A DNA stretch of 64,000 bases from Eremomyces bilateralis CBS 781.70 (Eukaryota): the NCBI GenBank assembly GCA_010015585.1, contig ML975151.1; one strand, 5' to 3'. Made by a program: the position numbers and the translations under genes. This document shows positions 11,435 to 23,548 of the stretch, piece by piece. How positions within the stretch are numbered: the first letter of the stretch is position 1; every line of letters begins with the position of its first letter. A model generated the notes under the pieces. That model made no database searches. It had not been told where the DNA came from and was given only the letters and a program-made list of their open reading frames with translations.

Positions 11435-12664
11435 ATGAACGGCCATCGTCCTGAACGACCTCACCACAGCCGTCAACATACCTTTCCTCACGCAAACACC
11501 TCCCGCCGAAAACCTCGACGATGGCCCCTCGTCTTCCGCGTCACGAAAGGCGCCGTCCACTCCCAGATCCTCCTGGCTGTGCTCCTCCATGCCGCCTTCA
11601 CCGCAGTTGTCGTCGCGGTCGACAAGTACACGCCCGGCGAAATGGGCCTCCCGTCGAACATAATCCCCTCCCTTTCCATCGTCGTGGGCCTGATGCTCGT
11701 CTTCCGCAACCAGACGAGCTACGACCGGTGGTGGACCGGCCGCAACCATTTCGCGACCATCTGCGGCGCGGTGCGGAACCTTAGCCGATCCTTCCTGACG
11801 AACGTCGGCCCGCTGGACGGCAAAGGAGGGATATCCCAAAGCCCCATCGAAGACGGCACACAGGCCTCCGAATCTGAGAAAGCCGAAACCGAGAGCGTCG
11901 TCCGTGTGCTCGTCGCCATCCTCTACGCCGTCAAGTTCTCCCTCCGCGGCGAATGGTCCGACGAGCCCCTCTTCCCCGGCGGCCCCCCGAAGCGCCCCAT
12001 CATCCCCGGCATCCCCGGCTGGATGACCCCCAGCGGCGCCGGCGCCGGCGTCCGCACCCCCCGCACCCCCACCGCCTCCTCCGCCTCGGGCGCCCTCACC
12101 TCCGCCATCAACGCCGGCCTCCTCGAAGCCTCCCTCGCCTCCAGCGCCACGCTCACCACGCCGCGATCCATGTACTCCTCCCTCCTCCCAGAGTCGCTCG
12201 CCTCGCTCGAGCACCGCGGCGTGCCGCTCCCGCTGCAGCTGACCTCGCTCGTCGAGTCGTACATCCGTCGCGGCGCGCAACGAAATTGGTTCAGCGCCCC
12301 GCAGGCGTCCGGGTTGACCGCGCAGGTGGGCACGCTGATCGACGCGTTCTCGCGCATGGAGACGATCCGCAACACGCCGATCCCCGTGGCGCATCTGATC
12401 CACGCAAGGCAGGTGCTGGCGCTGTATATCTGCGTGCTGCCGTTCGCGATGGTGGATGATATGGGGTGGTGGTCGCTGCCGCTGGTGTCGTTGGTGAGCT
12501 TTACCTTGTATGGGATTGAGGGGATCGGGAGCCAGTTGGAGGATCCGTTTGGGTATGATCGGAATGATATCAATATGGATGCGATTGTGGCTGATGCAAG
12601 GGTGGAGGTGCTCGCATTGCTGGAGGAATGGAGGAGTACTGGTGGCCGGCTTTTTGCCATCTAA
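11435..12664 (+). CDS. Bestrophin-like (UPF0187/YneE) anion channel
   Basis: SIVVGLMLVFRNQTSYDRWWTGR, METIRNTPIPVAH, YICVLPF, FTLYGIEGIGSQLEDPFGYDRNDINMD. Confidence 0.93.
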   Translation: MNGHRPERPHHSRQHTFPHANTSRRKPRRWPLVFRVTKGAVHSQILLAVLLHAAFTAVVVAVDKYTPGEMGLPSNIIPSLSIVVGLMLVFRNQTSYDRWWTGRNHFATICGAVRNLSRSFLTNVGPLDGKGGISQSPIEDGTQASESEKAETESVVRVLVAILYAVKFSLRGEWSDEPLFPGGPPKRPIIPGIPGWMTPSGAGAGVRTPRTPTASSASGALTSAINAGLLEASLASSATLTTPRSMYSSLLPESLASLEHRGVPLPLQLTSLVESYIRRGAQRNWFSAPQASGLTAQVGTLIDAFSRMETIRNTPIPVAHLIHARQVLALYICVLPFAMVDDMGWWSLPLVSLVSFTLYGIEGIGSQLEDPFGYDRNDINMDAIVADARVEVLALLEEWRSTGGRLFAI

Positions 12665-13049
12665 GATGAAATGTGATGGATCAGTGCATTGCCGAGCGAC
12701 TCTGTTTTAGCGAGTATTTAGAGAAATGAGCGTCGATTTTCGAGCCCCGTTGTCAGATATCATGTCGTTCATTTACTAAACTACCTATACCTACCGGTAT
12801 AAGTTTGGACGTAGTTGCGACGGACGTACGCCACCGAAATATTGGGCCTTTCCCTACCCTGACCCACATACCCCACGATAACGGAACAGATAACTCTGCT
12901 CCCTGAACGCTTGAACGCCGATCATTCAGCATGAAAAAGGATTTGCCCACCCTCTTGTGGTTCATGATCATCCTTACAACTCGTGGGCCATCGCTCCACA
13001 CATCACGGTCGTTGTATACAGTGTCATCGTTTCCCATCGCCGACCGTCG

Positions 13050-14937
13050 TCAGTCTGCTTCCACCGACACACCGGAACTCCCCACCCTTCTTCCTCCTTC
13101 CACCAGAAACGGGCCCACGTCGTTCCTTGGGGTCATCGGACACTCAGGATGGGCATCTCCCGCCCCCAAATTCGGCGGTCCCCCTTCCGACTCCTCCGTC
13201 CCATCAAGTCCTAGACTCAGGGCTCTACTCGCCACGGTTGATGTTGGGATGGGGATGGGAGCTAAGAGCGTGTGCGAACGGTCATCGTTCATGACCGCTG
13301 GCCCTGGTGATAGCGACACGTTAGCGAGCATGCTGCTCAGTCCATTGGCATCGGCGGATGGGTTCTGGTCGATGGCAAGGGACCTGGCAGCTGCGACAGG
13401 GACTATGGTGTCAGGGGCAACATGCACGCGAGTGGTATCGCCCGCATCTGTCGGAGTTTCCCTGATTTCTTGTCCTACACTCACGGCGAGCTGAGGACTG
13501 GCTTCTCTCTGTGGTAGATCATCTCCCTTCTGCTGCTCTGCTTCTTTCTTGCTCTCCTCGATCGCCGCGTCAATGTCATCGTCTTCCCAGTCGACGTTGT
13601 CGGCCTCGTCCACATCGGCGTCCAAGTCCGCGACGGCGCGGCAGTTGGGGCAGAGGAAATGCGGATGGGTAGAGCTGATGAGGATCGGGCGGATGCATTT
13701 GTAGTGCCAGACGTGGGAGCAAGGGGCAACGAAAAGGGATTGGCAGGGCTGAGAACAGTGAGCATGTTTGTTCGACGCCACTGGAAGACGTGGGGAAACA
13801 TACAGCAATTGCAGCTAGACAGATCGCGCACTCCGAGCTGGTGTTGGACGCATTATCCGTGTCGTGTCGTGGTGACTTGCTCGCGAGCTTACGCAGGTTC
13901 TTGTGAGTAGATTTGCTGAAGTCATTAGCATGCTAGACCACCCGCTGATGGATAACGACGCACTTATAAGCATTTAATCCCTTTTGCCATCCCCGATTGC
14001 ACTCGATTCGGATCTTCACACACCGAAAGATCATCTCTTCGCCGCCCCGAAAGTCGATCCCCAGCTGTACAATATCGCCGTCGTTGAGCGGGTACGGCTT
14101 CGACTCCACCCCTGGCGCACTCAAACGGATATGGTTGAGGAACGTGCCCGACGAGCTTTTCACGTCCTTAATATACCACTGCGAGTTGGTGCACCAGAAC
14201 TCGCAATGTCGACGGCTCACTACCTTCGACTTGAACCCCACGGGCGCCGCCGACGTCCCATTCCGCTGGATTTCCGGCGCACTTTCCCGCTCGGAGTATC
14301 GTCCCACCTTCAGCATTGCGGTTGGGGTCGCTAGCGTCCGTGTGATCGGGGCGAACTGGAGGGACGGTTTGGAAGCCCGCGGATCGTGGTGCGGGAGGAA
14401 TCGAATGCTAGGCAAAGCATGGCTGGACGCGGAGCTCTCTGACCCGTTGCGGGTGTCGGAGCTACTGGTGGTGGTGGAGTGATGTTGCGAGGCGAAGGTG
14501 GAGGCGGCCGTTTCGGCTCGATTGCGGGTCATGGTGACGGTCCCTTGGCTGAGCAGGTTGACAGCGGCGGAGTATTGATAGTCGGCGGCTCGCGCGGCGA
14601 CCGAACGTCGGGAAGGTTGTCGGTCGTGGTAGGCGTCGTTTTCAAAGTTATTGTACAGATGCGAGGGCTGGATGCGGGGGGAAATGCCAGCGCCGTTCCT
14701 ATGACTACCGCTTGAAGATGCTACCGGGGACACCGGAGGGGTGTGGTGTGGACGGTTCGCCGGAGGTTGTGCAAGGGAGGAGGTCGGACTGCTTGCCAGA
14801 GGGTTTAAATGGGTATGAGTGTAGTTCCTCAAATAGCTCAGCCCCCTCAGCCTTCCCAGACGTGGAGGTGAAGATGAGGTGACAGGGGAAGTGGAGGTGG
14901 AGAGCGTTGGCGGAGCGGGAGCGGGAGTGGTAAACAT
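13050..14937 (-). CDS. dma1: FHA-RING E3 ubiquitin ligase (Dma1/Chf1 family)
   Basis: FHA domain (KVGRYSE..VGFKSKVVSRRHCEFW..WYIKDVKSSSGTFLNHIRLS..GDIVQLGIDFRGG) and RING-H2 (PCQSLFVAPCSHVWHYKCIRP..FLCPNCRAVADL), with short intervening exons around 13750-13965. Confidence 0.93.
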
Positions 14938-15932
14938 CTGAAGGTGAAGCTGATAATAGGGTCTACCCGGTGTTAAACAGCGCTAGCTAAAGATTTTCCA
15001 CGGTTCGGACGGAAGAGCTGATAACTGTGGGCGGGTTCATTGAGGTACAGCTGTAAGGAATACCTGGATTGGTTCTGATACAGGACCGGGACCGAGGGTA
15101 GTACTCTATGAGAGAAGAGAATGGACCAACTGACAGCGAAAGTGCACGACTCTCTGAAGGAAGAAGGACATGAACAAGAGAACGGTGAATAAGCCACGAT
15201 TTTGAAGCCCCAGTGACCAGGCGGAGGGAGGGAGGGGGAGAGAAAGTGAGCGATGGATGATCAGGATACAGTGAGGGTCCAGTGAGGGATGAGTTGAGGT
15301 GACAGGCGTGGCCTGCAATTGGTCAGCTGGTTTAGCTGTGGGGGAAGTGGTGGTGCAGTGATGTCTATGTCTCTCTTGTTAAAGATTCTAGCACCGTGAA
15401 GACTGAAGAGAGAACTGATATCTGATAAAGCTAAGTATTCACTAGAGTACCGTACTCAATAACTAACGGAAATATATAAGTACACAGATATCCCGTTTAG
15501 CTATTGTTTGTATTAATGTGTCACAGAAATGGTACCACTATTCATCCTCTGTTGGAATCATCATCATGGAACATGGTATTATGGAACTGGGCATGGAGCC
15601 TGGAGCACTCACCGGAATCCGTCCTATCTGCCTCGCCTCCCTTGGTGGCGGAATGCTGTGCCGCCCCCGCAAGGAACTGAACTGATCGCTGTCTGCCATC
15701 GAGCTCTGCAAATCCTGAACCACTGCCTGGCACACCAGCTGATATCCTGATTCCTCAAAGCCACTCGCCCAAATGACCGTGGATGATACCATACGGCACC
15801 TCCCCGCAACGATCCAGGAACCTTGCACGGTTCGTTTCCCGGCATCCCTCCTAGGTATTCATTGGATCAGGTCTATGTCCCAGCAGCAAGTCTATCCTCT
15901 GGTTGAGGCCTTGGGGTTCTTCAAATCAACGC

Positions 15933-15963
15933 GAGAAATGAGAAATGAGAAATGAGAAATGAG
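15933..15963. repeat. Heptamer tandem repeat (GAGAAAT)x4
   Basis: Read directly from the sequence. Confidence 0.85.
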
Positions 15964-16558
15964 GCTTGATATTGGATACCCTAGGTAGGTAAGGAACAGT
16001 ATCCGTACTTAGGATGTACTTCTGCACGGCAAATCTATCCATGTTACTATTCCTTATTCAGTATTTAGTGATACAACATTACCAGCGTGTGTACCCTACT
16101 GTACTCCCTGCTCATTGCTCAGAAAGCCGACAGCCACGTTGGCCCCTCCCAATTCTAGACGATTGCCCTGGCGATTGGCATCAGGCATGGACGGCCGCCA
16201 CCTGCGACACAAAGTCCGAATAGGCACTGGGAATATTATACTAAAATCAACTACCCCATACCTATAATATGTTGATTTAGAAGAGGCCCAGCCGCCAATA
16301 AAAAAAGTGAGGGGACATCAATGACACTGCTGAGGTCTGGGATACTAGATAAGTAGGAGTTACGCTGCTAGCATGGGGCGCGCCTCAAGCGAGATTACCG
16401 AGATAGGTATTCCGTGCAACATAGATGTTCTAGTCCAGGTCATTCGGGCCTGCAAACCTCTGCCGCTTCGCCAGAAGCATATCAACGATGCATCCCGCTG
16501 ATTCCATGCGCGTGTCTGTGACGCCGTGTCACTCCACGTGGCCGCCCCGTCCCCTACG

Positions 16559-19003
16559 ATGACCACCAACTTCACGCAATGCGCGCTCCGATATATCGGG
16601 AATCAGACACTCGAATCGCGATACAGTTGGCGTGGACCAACCCACCTCATCGACCCCAACTCGACTACACAGATCACCTTTGCAGGATGTCTGGAGGTGT
16701 GCGGACGGGAACGCGACTGGTATCCGTGGTCGCAGAGCTCCGCGACGATAACGACATGGATCCTGCCAGTGATCGGGATGCTGTTGCAGGCGCCGTTCGA
16801 GAGCAATGCGTTCTCGCAGACCATGTTTGCGTTGGCGCGGTGGGTGGGGTCGCCGATGGCGTCCTTGTCGTACATCCTTTGGAATATCAGCGTCTCGGGC
16901 AAGTGCGCGTTGATGGTGGACATGTCCATTCCATACGACGAGCGGGTCCCCGACCGTGGAAGCGACTTTGCCAGTCTTCGCGACTCGTTTTTCATCCTAA
17001 CGAACATGAACCAGTACACGATGAAGCCCGTGATATCACTCAAAAAGGAAGTGGAAGGGCTGCTGAGGATCGTGCTCTTCAGCAAGGACCTTCCGTTGAA
17101 GGGTACAAATACTAGCCTGCAAGATACCCGCGAAGAGTTGGCGCAGAATCTCCGGGAAGGTCGCAAGCGAGGCGTGGTGCCGGTGTTCATCGCAACAGCG
17201 TGGTAAGACAACCAGCGACCCCTTTAACGGTTTACGTGGCTAATTTTGAAAAGGTTTCTATTCTCTCTCGCCATATCGATTCAGACGGCGTTTGGATTCA
17301 TTGGCGAGAACGCGCAAGCGCACGACCTTGCCCTCGGCCTTCTCCTCGCATGGATGCCAGTCCTGATACTCTGCAGCATCGTGGATCGCAACCCCGTCGC
17401 TTCAGAGGACATCCGGAAGCGCCTCAACGGCCTGGTTGATCTTGTTTGTTGGTCTCTTGCCAACAACCAGATTCGAAACGATTTCGTGGCGAGGTTCCGC
17501 GACCAGCCAGAGGGCCCCCGAATGCGGGAATGGGTGGAGAAAATCGCGACGATGTCGCAACATATCGAAGGAAACTTCTTCGTTAGCTTTGCTGGACAGG
17601 GCCGTGTGCGTTGGCACTATGGCGCTGCGCACCCCATCTTGTCCGATATTGAGAACTGCTACGTCGCAGATCACGGCCGGAACTGGCTGCAGTACGAGGA
17701 AGAAGCGCGAGCGAATCTGGTCCTGGGCCCGGTTGGCGAAGGGCTGATATGGTTCGATAAGCGAGAACTCTGGCAGATCGTCAGCGCGATGATCATCGTT
17801 AGCTGCACTGTATTCGGTGCTTTCACGCTCTCCTACTACACCCCGACGGTTGGGTTGGGCTGCCGAAGTGGTGGCTATGTGATATTTTTCATATTCTCCG
17901 TTTCACTGCTCGTTGGCGAACTGTTGGTATGGTGGTTCTCATCCCCAGTACGGCCAGATCAAATGAAGTGGCTGGCAAGAGGGAGCACCCGCTTACAGAG
18001 TATCTCCACCTTCAATCGGCTCGAGCAACAATCTAGTGGGATGGTGAGAAGAGTCAACTCTAGTTTTGGTCGGTTCAAAGAGCGCTTGGAAGACATCGGG
18101 GTCCAGTCGATCGTAACAATAGGAGGCTTGTTTTACCGCCGTGACCGAACAACCCGTTCGAATCGGCTCGAACGAAAAGTTCGGCAGGCCTTGCAAACCT
18201 ACCATGGGTACTCGCTTCGTGAATGGACTGATCGCTTTGTCTTCAAGCCGTTGGAAGTCATCAACGCTTTGTGGCTGGTGTACATTGTCATCGCACAAAC
18301 AATGGGCATCTACAACACGTGCGAGTGCAAGTCTTCCATCTGGGGGACAATGGGGGGCTACGTTGATCTCCAGCAAACGACTTTCACGGACAATCCACTG
18401 ATCATTCAGTATTGGGCGGAAGGCGTAGTCCTCTCTGCCACCGTCATGGGGTTAGCAATGATGTATGTTGTCGTCGAGTGGTGTATACAGTCCCACCTCA
18501 ATACTGGAAATTACCACGACGCCAGACGTGGTCTGGTCCGGACTCGTCGTTTCCGTGTCCTGACTTTTTATCTCCGATACCCCTTTTCGAAGGTCATCCA
18601 CGGCGTCAATTCTTTCCGGCACCGCCTCTGGCGCCTATTGAAAATAAAGCCGGGCCGCGAACAGAAGAGCCTGGTCTGGACGCGATATATAACTTTTGAC
18701 TATAAGCCTCTCCGTACGAACGAGATGGACTTTGAAGTCCTTGTCCACCAGCCCTCGCCGAACTTACATGAAGGATCTGAGTTCTTACCACTGGCAGACA
18801 CCCCTTTGATACATGTACGTGAGCCCGATGAAACTCATACATCTCCCGGCACCAATCTCAGCGCCGAGCCCGCTTTGCGCAGGCTGTCTTCCTCATCGAA
18901 TCCCCCAAGGATCAGTTTCGACAGCTCGAGGTCGCCGCGTTCCGCTTCGGATGCAAGTCTGAATGTCCCACCGGGGTATCCGAGACAGAATCCTCAACAG
19001 TAA
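16559..19003 (+). CDS. Uncharacterised fungal multi-pass membrane protein
   Basis: Two long ORFs joined by a GTAAGA..CTAAT..AAG intron (~17203-17253). Several hydrophobic segments (ITTWILPVIGMLLQAPF, HDLALGLLLAWMPVLILCSIVDRNP, YYTPTVGLGCRSGGY). Confidence 0.8.
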
Positions 19004-19430
19004 CGTTCGTGTGATCTATAGATAAACAATGTGCATTGTAGCTATACCGTTGCCCGGGCCGCATCGTGTTGTCGTCGGCCGCATCGCATCCTCACCAGCC
19101 GCGCCCTCACCAGCCGCATCGCATCGTCGCCTCACGACATGTGACGATTGATGCAGCCCTCCCGAAGTGAAATGTACCCAAGTCCTCACAACGATAAACG
19201 AACCATTTCACTTCCCACTTCCCTTTCCTTCACGCGTTGATCACGGAGCGAGCTTCTCTCCTCACACGTAGTTTCGTATACCCATCTTGATGTAAGTCCG
19301 CTGCTCATCCATCCGCTAGACTCGGTAAGAGCGAGGCGACGGGAAGCCATCACTGACAGAACTAGCTGCGACGCAGAAATACTCTGAAAACCGCACCAAG
19401 TACCGAAGCGTCAAACCCCACTCTACATCA

Positions 19431-20879
19431 ATGATGAGTACGACGATCAGTCCTGATGCGCCGCTCGAGGGCAACCCTTCCGATGTCTCGGAGGCTAATG
19501 CCGAGAACTTCGTTGTCGAGTACGACGATGTCATCGCGGAGATCTTCGGGGACCCCCCCCAGCCCCGCGCCAAGACAGTCGTTGACGCCATTGTCGGAGA
19601 TCCCGATTACAACCGCGCCAAGACAGTCGTTGAGACCGTCGTCCTTGAGAAGAATATTGCGGTTAAGCAGAACGTCGGCGATGAGAAGGATGTCGACGAT
19701 GAGAGCGATTTCGAGGATGAGAATGATGTCGGTGATGAGTACGCTGTCGGCGATGAGAACGCTGTCGGCGACGAGACGGACGTCAGCGATGAGGAGAACG
19801 GTGTAAACAATGTCACCAAGCACCGCGTCAAGAGAGTCATCGAGACTATTATTGGGGACATGCTTGTGACCGTTGTCGAAGACGTGGTGGAAAATCAGTC
19901 AATTCACTCCCACGGAAGCGGATCGGCGACTGAAAATCCTATTGTTGACCAGGCCGTGCGCGATGCCAGACGCGAGTCGTATGTAATCATCGATACTCCA
20001 GTCCCTCTTCTCTACAACGACCCCGCCTCGGACGAACTCCGCCATAGCAGGAGGCTTCGCGCCTCGCAGGTGTTGAGCGATTGGGAGGCGGCCGGGCTTT
20101 CGCTCTCGCTGTTTGATAAAGTCCCGGCCAACGATGCGAGCAAGTTGGGCATCGCCGCCGTCACCGACGACCACCTCGCGCGCTTCACTTGGCCGTCCGC
20201 GCTTCCGGCCACCTCGTCCGCGTTTCCGACAACCTCGTCCGCGCTTCTGACCACCTCGTCCGGCGAACCGCAAGGGCACGAAGCGAGTGACACCCCCCTC
20301 CTGTCGACTAGCTCCCGTCCTCTTTTGAGGCCGAACACTCCCCCCGCTGGTGCACCGGAGCCGGCCTCCTCTTCGGGGTTCGTGAGGGTCGATCTACCCT
20401 ACGATCAATATGCATCCGTTCTCAACGCGCCCCCCTTCGAGCCCCCCGTCGACGACGGCCGCTTCCAGTTCCCGCCACTTGCGGATCCCCCCTCCTCAGC
20501 CAAAGCGAAAAGCAAGCGACGTCGATTCTGGTCGTGCTTGAAGAGACTGTTTTGCTGCTGCATGATGGACTCCGAGGAAAGAAGTCGACGTGGAGCTATT
20601 ACTCCTCCAGGTTCGCCCACCTTCCAGTACCGCTACTATTCAGACCAGCTGATTCGTGACTTGCGCGAAGAGAATGATGAGCACGCGACACTGGCTCAAG
20701 AGGTTGCTTCCGCTGCCACTGCTGGGCCGAGTGGGGGTGACGCGGACTCTCAGGTGCAAGTGCTTGCCGAAGATTACGATTACCACGTTGATCTGGATGA
20801 GTACAATTTACATGGGCGTGAAGGGCAGATGGTGGGGGGAAACGCACAGCGTGGACGTGCCACCACCCGAGCTGAATGA
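19431..20879 (+). CDS. Hypothetical acidic low-complexity protein with internal repeats
   Basis: 482-aa ORF with codon-like periodicity. Seven 18-bp units (VGDExx) at 19674-19799, duplicated RAKTVV, three 21-bp SAxxTTS units, and KRRRFWSCLKRLFCCC. Confidence 0.6.
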   Translation: MMSTTISPDAPLEGNPSDVSEANAENFVVEYDDVIAEIFGDPPQPRAKTVVDAIVGDPDYNRAKTVVETVVLEKNIAVKQNVGDEKDVDDESDFEDENDVGDEYAVGDENAVGDETDVSDEENGVNNVTKHRVKRVIETIIGDMLVTVVEDVVENQSIHSHGSGSATENPIVDQAVRDARRESYVIIDTPVPLLYNDPASDELRHSRRLRASQVLSDWEAAGLSLSLFDKVPANDASKLGIAAVTDDHLARFTWPSALPATSSAFPTTSSALLTTSSGEPQGHEASDTPLLSTSSRPLLRPNTPPAGAPEPASSSGFVRVDLPYDQYASVLNAPPFEPPVDDGRFQFPPLADPPSSAKAKSKRRRFWSCLKRLFCCCMMDSEERSRRGAITPPGSPTFQYRYYSDQLIRDLREENDEHATLAQEVASAATAGPSGGDADSQVQVLAEDYDYHVDLDEYNLHGREGQMVGGNAQRGRATTRAE

Positions 20880-21061
20880 GGGGAGCGCCATCGCGGTGTG
20901 ATGCGAGAGGTGTTGATGCGTACAGCAGACAGATGCTTTCCTGTGATGCTTTGGTGGCCTTGGCGGAGTCTAGGGTCCATGGGTGTTAGGTATTATCAGG
21001 TTCGCCCGGTGAATAATTCCGGTTATACCTTCGCCTTATAGGTTGAATGCAATGCTCATCC

Positions 21062-22102
21062 TCAATTCCCCGACCTCCCATCGTCGTCGTCTCCGCTTTT
21101 CTCTCCCATGCCCACCCACGCGCCCAATAGCACCACCGCCTTCACCCCCACCCCCACCCATATTAGCCCATCCACCTGAATCCCCGCTCGGAGCAGCCAC
21201 GCCCCCACGATTCCGCCTCCTAAAAGTAACACCATGCTCGCCACCCGCCGATCCCGCTTCCGATTCCGTGTCTCAAACAATCCCGGATCGCCCATCAGGT
21301 CCGCATACGCACTCGTCAGCACGCTGGTCGGGATCTCCGACACCCCCAGCGCACGGGAGATGGCGACCTGGCTCCCGAAGTGCATCGCAAGGGGCGGTAG
21401 CGGGATCAGCACGCGCAGATCGCTCAGCGGGGAGGGGTGCGAGAGAGGGTTGTAGCTGGACGGGTCCATGAGCACTTCGCGGGCCTCGGTAGGGACGAGG
21501 CGAGTGGCGCATAGGGCGCCCGCAATGATGAGAAGGAGGAGTTGGAAAAGGAGGGCAAGGAGTAAGGGGAGGCGGGGGAGGTGGACGGATGCGGGGCGGG
21601 ATGGGGCGCGGGAACCGGGGCGGGAGAGGAGATGGCGGGAGAGCAGCCGGATGAAGTTGGCGGTTACGAAGGCGCCGATCAGGAACGAGACGATGGAGAG
21701 GATGGCTCGGGGGGCGAGGTGAGGTTGGTTGGGGGGGAGGGAGGCCGTGGAGAGGCCGAGGAGGACGGTATTGCCTTGCTCAATTCGTCAACATGATGGA
21801 TTCTCAAGCACGCAGATGGATATAGGATCCCGATATTCGTAGAACGGCGGAGTACCATGTTGTCACTGACCTGTCTGCATTCCCACGAAGACGCCAAAGT
21901 TGCAGAATATACCGCTGTCTAACAGCCCCGTCACGAAGCAACAGACGATGAGCAATATATCGGCATGCTTGGTGTCCACATCTCCTTTCAGGTACTTCCA
22001 AGAAAATGCATCTTGCACCCGGTTCCGTCTCTTTGGCGGACGCGTAGCTTTAGATGCCATCGTGCCCTCTATTGGTCCCACGGACTCTTTCGGACTTGTC
22101 AT
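21062..22102 (-). CDS. DUF1275 (YoaK-like) membrane protein
   Basis: DILLIVCCFVTGLLDSGIF..GVFVGMQTG, intron 21870-21775, then NTVLLGL..AILSIVSFLIGAF; also SQVAISRALGVSEIPTSVLTSAYADL..DP..RDRRVASMVLLLGGGIVGA. Confidence 0.88.
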
Positions 22103-23548
22103 GATAAGAAACTCCGCTGATATTGAAGCCTTGAACCAACGCGAATGCAATATCACTGCGTTTGAGACGATATATAAAACCCAGCCCAGATCTGATGAGT
22201 CAACATCGGCTGATTAGACACCCCCAAATGGTAAGACTTTTTCTTTTTTTCCGCGATAGTCGTTAGCCCATCATTTCTCGCACGGGAAGCTGCTCCGATG
22301 ACGGCTAACTAGCCAATTCGCAAACGCGTCTTCTGACTTGAAATCATACACATCTGTTCCCGCAGGTCCACGGCATACACAACTCACGGTAGAAGTAGAA
22401 TTCAAAATCGAGACCCTGCAATCGATATCTAACCTCAATTCCACCCTCAGCCTAACCTAAGGGAATTCGCAAAATTCTTCGACCGTTCGACGTTCAACTC
22501 AGGTCACGGGATCTACGGCGGTAAATAGTCGGTATTATAGTTTTGGGTTCGTGCAGCCCGTCGTAGCTGAACTCTGACGTCATCGTTTTTCACATGGTCT
22601 CGGATTCCTTTCATGCAGCATTGCACCTTGCGGCCTGCAGGTGTTTCATTTTCACTTCCACTTCCACGTCTACGCGCGGCAAGATCCCGAGTCCGACAGT
22701 TGATTCTGCATGCGGCATCTTGACTCGATGGGAGACAGCTCCAGAAGGAACGGAGGTGATCAGCACGAGGACATGAAATTACAGCGTCCACGCAACCCTG
22801 TCCTCTCCGCTCCCCCGAAAGTCGCGAGATCTTCCAACCGGATTTGGATACGGGCTTACAGAGCGCAATTAGGGGTTTCTTTCGATCTCTCGCCACCATC
22901 CCCAACGTCATAGCTGTTCATGTGTCATCAGCACCAGCCAACTTCCGTAGAGCAGACTTCACAAGCCAGAACAGTAAGACAGTGGCATCATGTGGACATA
23001 TCTGCATTGATCCCTACGTTCGTAGAGAACTAAGCAACCATGCATTGGAGCGTCCGACATCCCGGACACCTCACGGCATGTAGATGTAATAGTAAGAACA
23101 AAGCGAATGCAAGCGAATGCTGATGCTAAAATCAAAAACAAACAAAACTCCGATGATGATGCTGTGCGCGCTATGCTGTTCCTGCCCGCCCATGGATATG
23201 TAACCTCCCGTCCCCCATCCTAGTAGAAACCCGGTCCTCCCGCACGGCGGAAGTGTTGATGCGGCCCTCGTCGTCCGTTCACCGGAGTCGATCGGATGAG
23301 ATCGAGTCTTAGGTCGGTGATTGTGGAGGATGGAAGCCTGGTGCACCCCTTATGCGTGTTGCGTTCGTGGATGTAAAAGTGGTAACCCTGCCGTATCGCC
23401 TGACTCGATCCCGATGCTGTACACACGAGGAGAGTCGACGGAAAAAAAAGATGATAAAAAGTGTGCAATGAATCGAAAAAGGAAATGCAATGCCGCTCGT
23501 CCGGGTAGATGGTCGGTGGCTCTATTCCCTGTCGTCCGGCGGGTATGC

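Noticed and set aside
11303..12403. Long antisense and alternative-frame ORFs over GC-rich genes (also 23321-24265, 51492-52244, 52045-52806)
   Set aside because: Shadow ORFs caused by high GC3; the opposite frame carries the recognisable motifs.
15420..15428. Single ATCTGATAA sites upstream of dma1 and at 2815-2823
   Set aside because: Isolated 9-mers without the accompanying module; could be chance.
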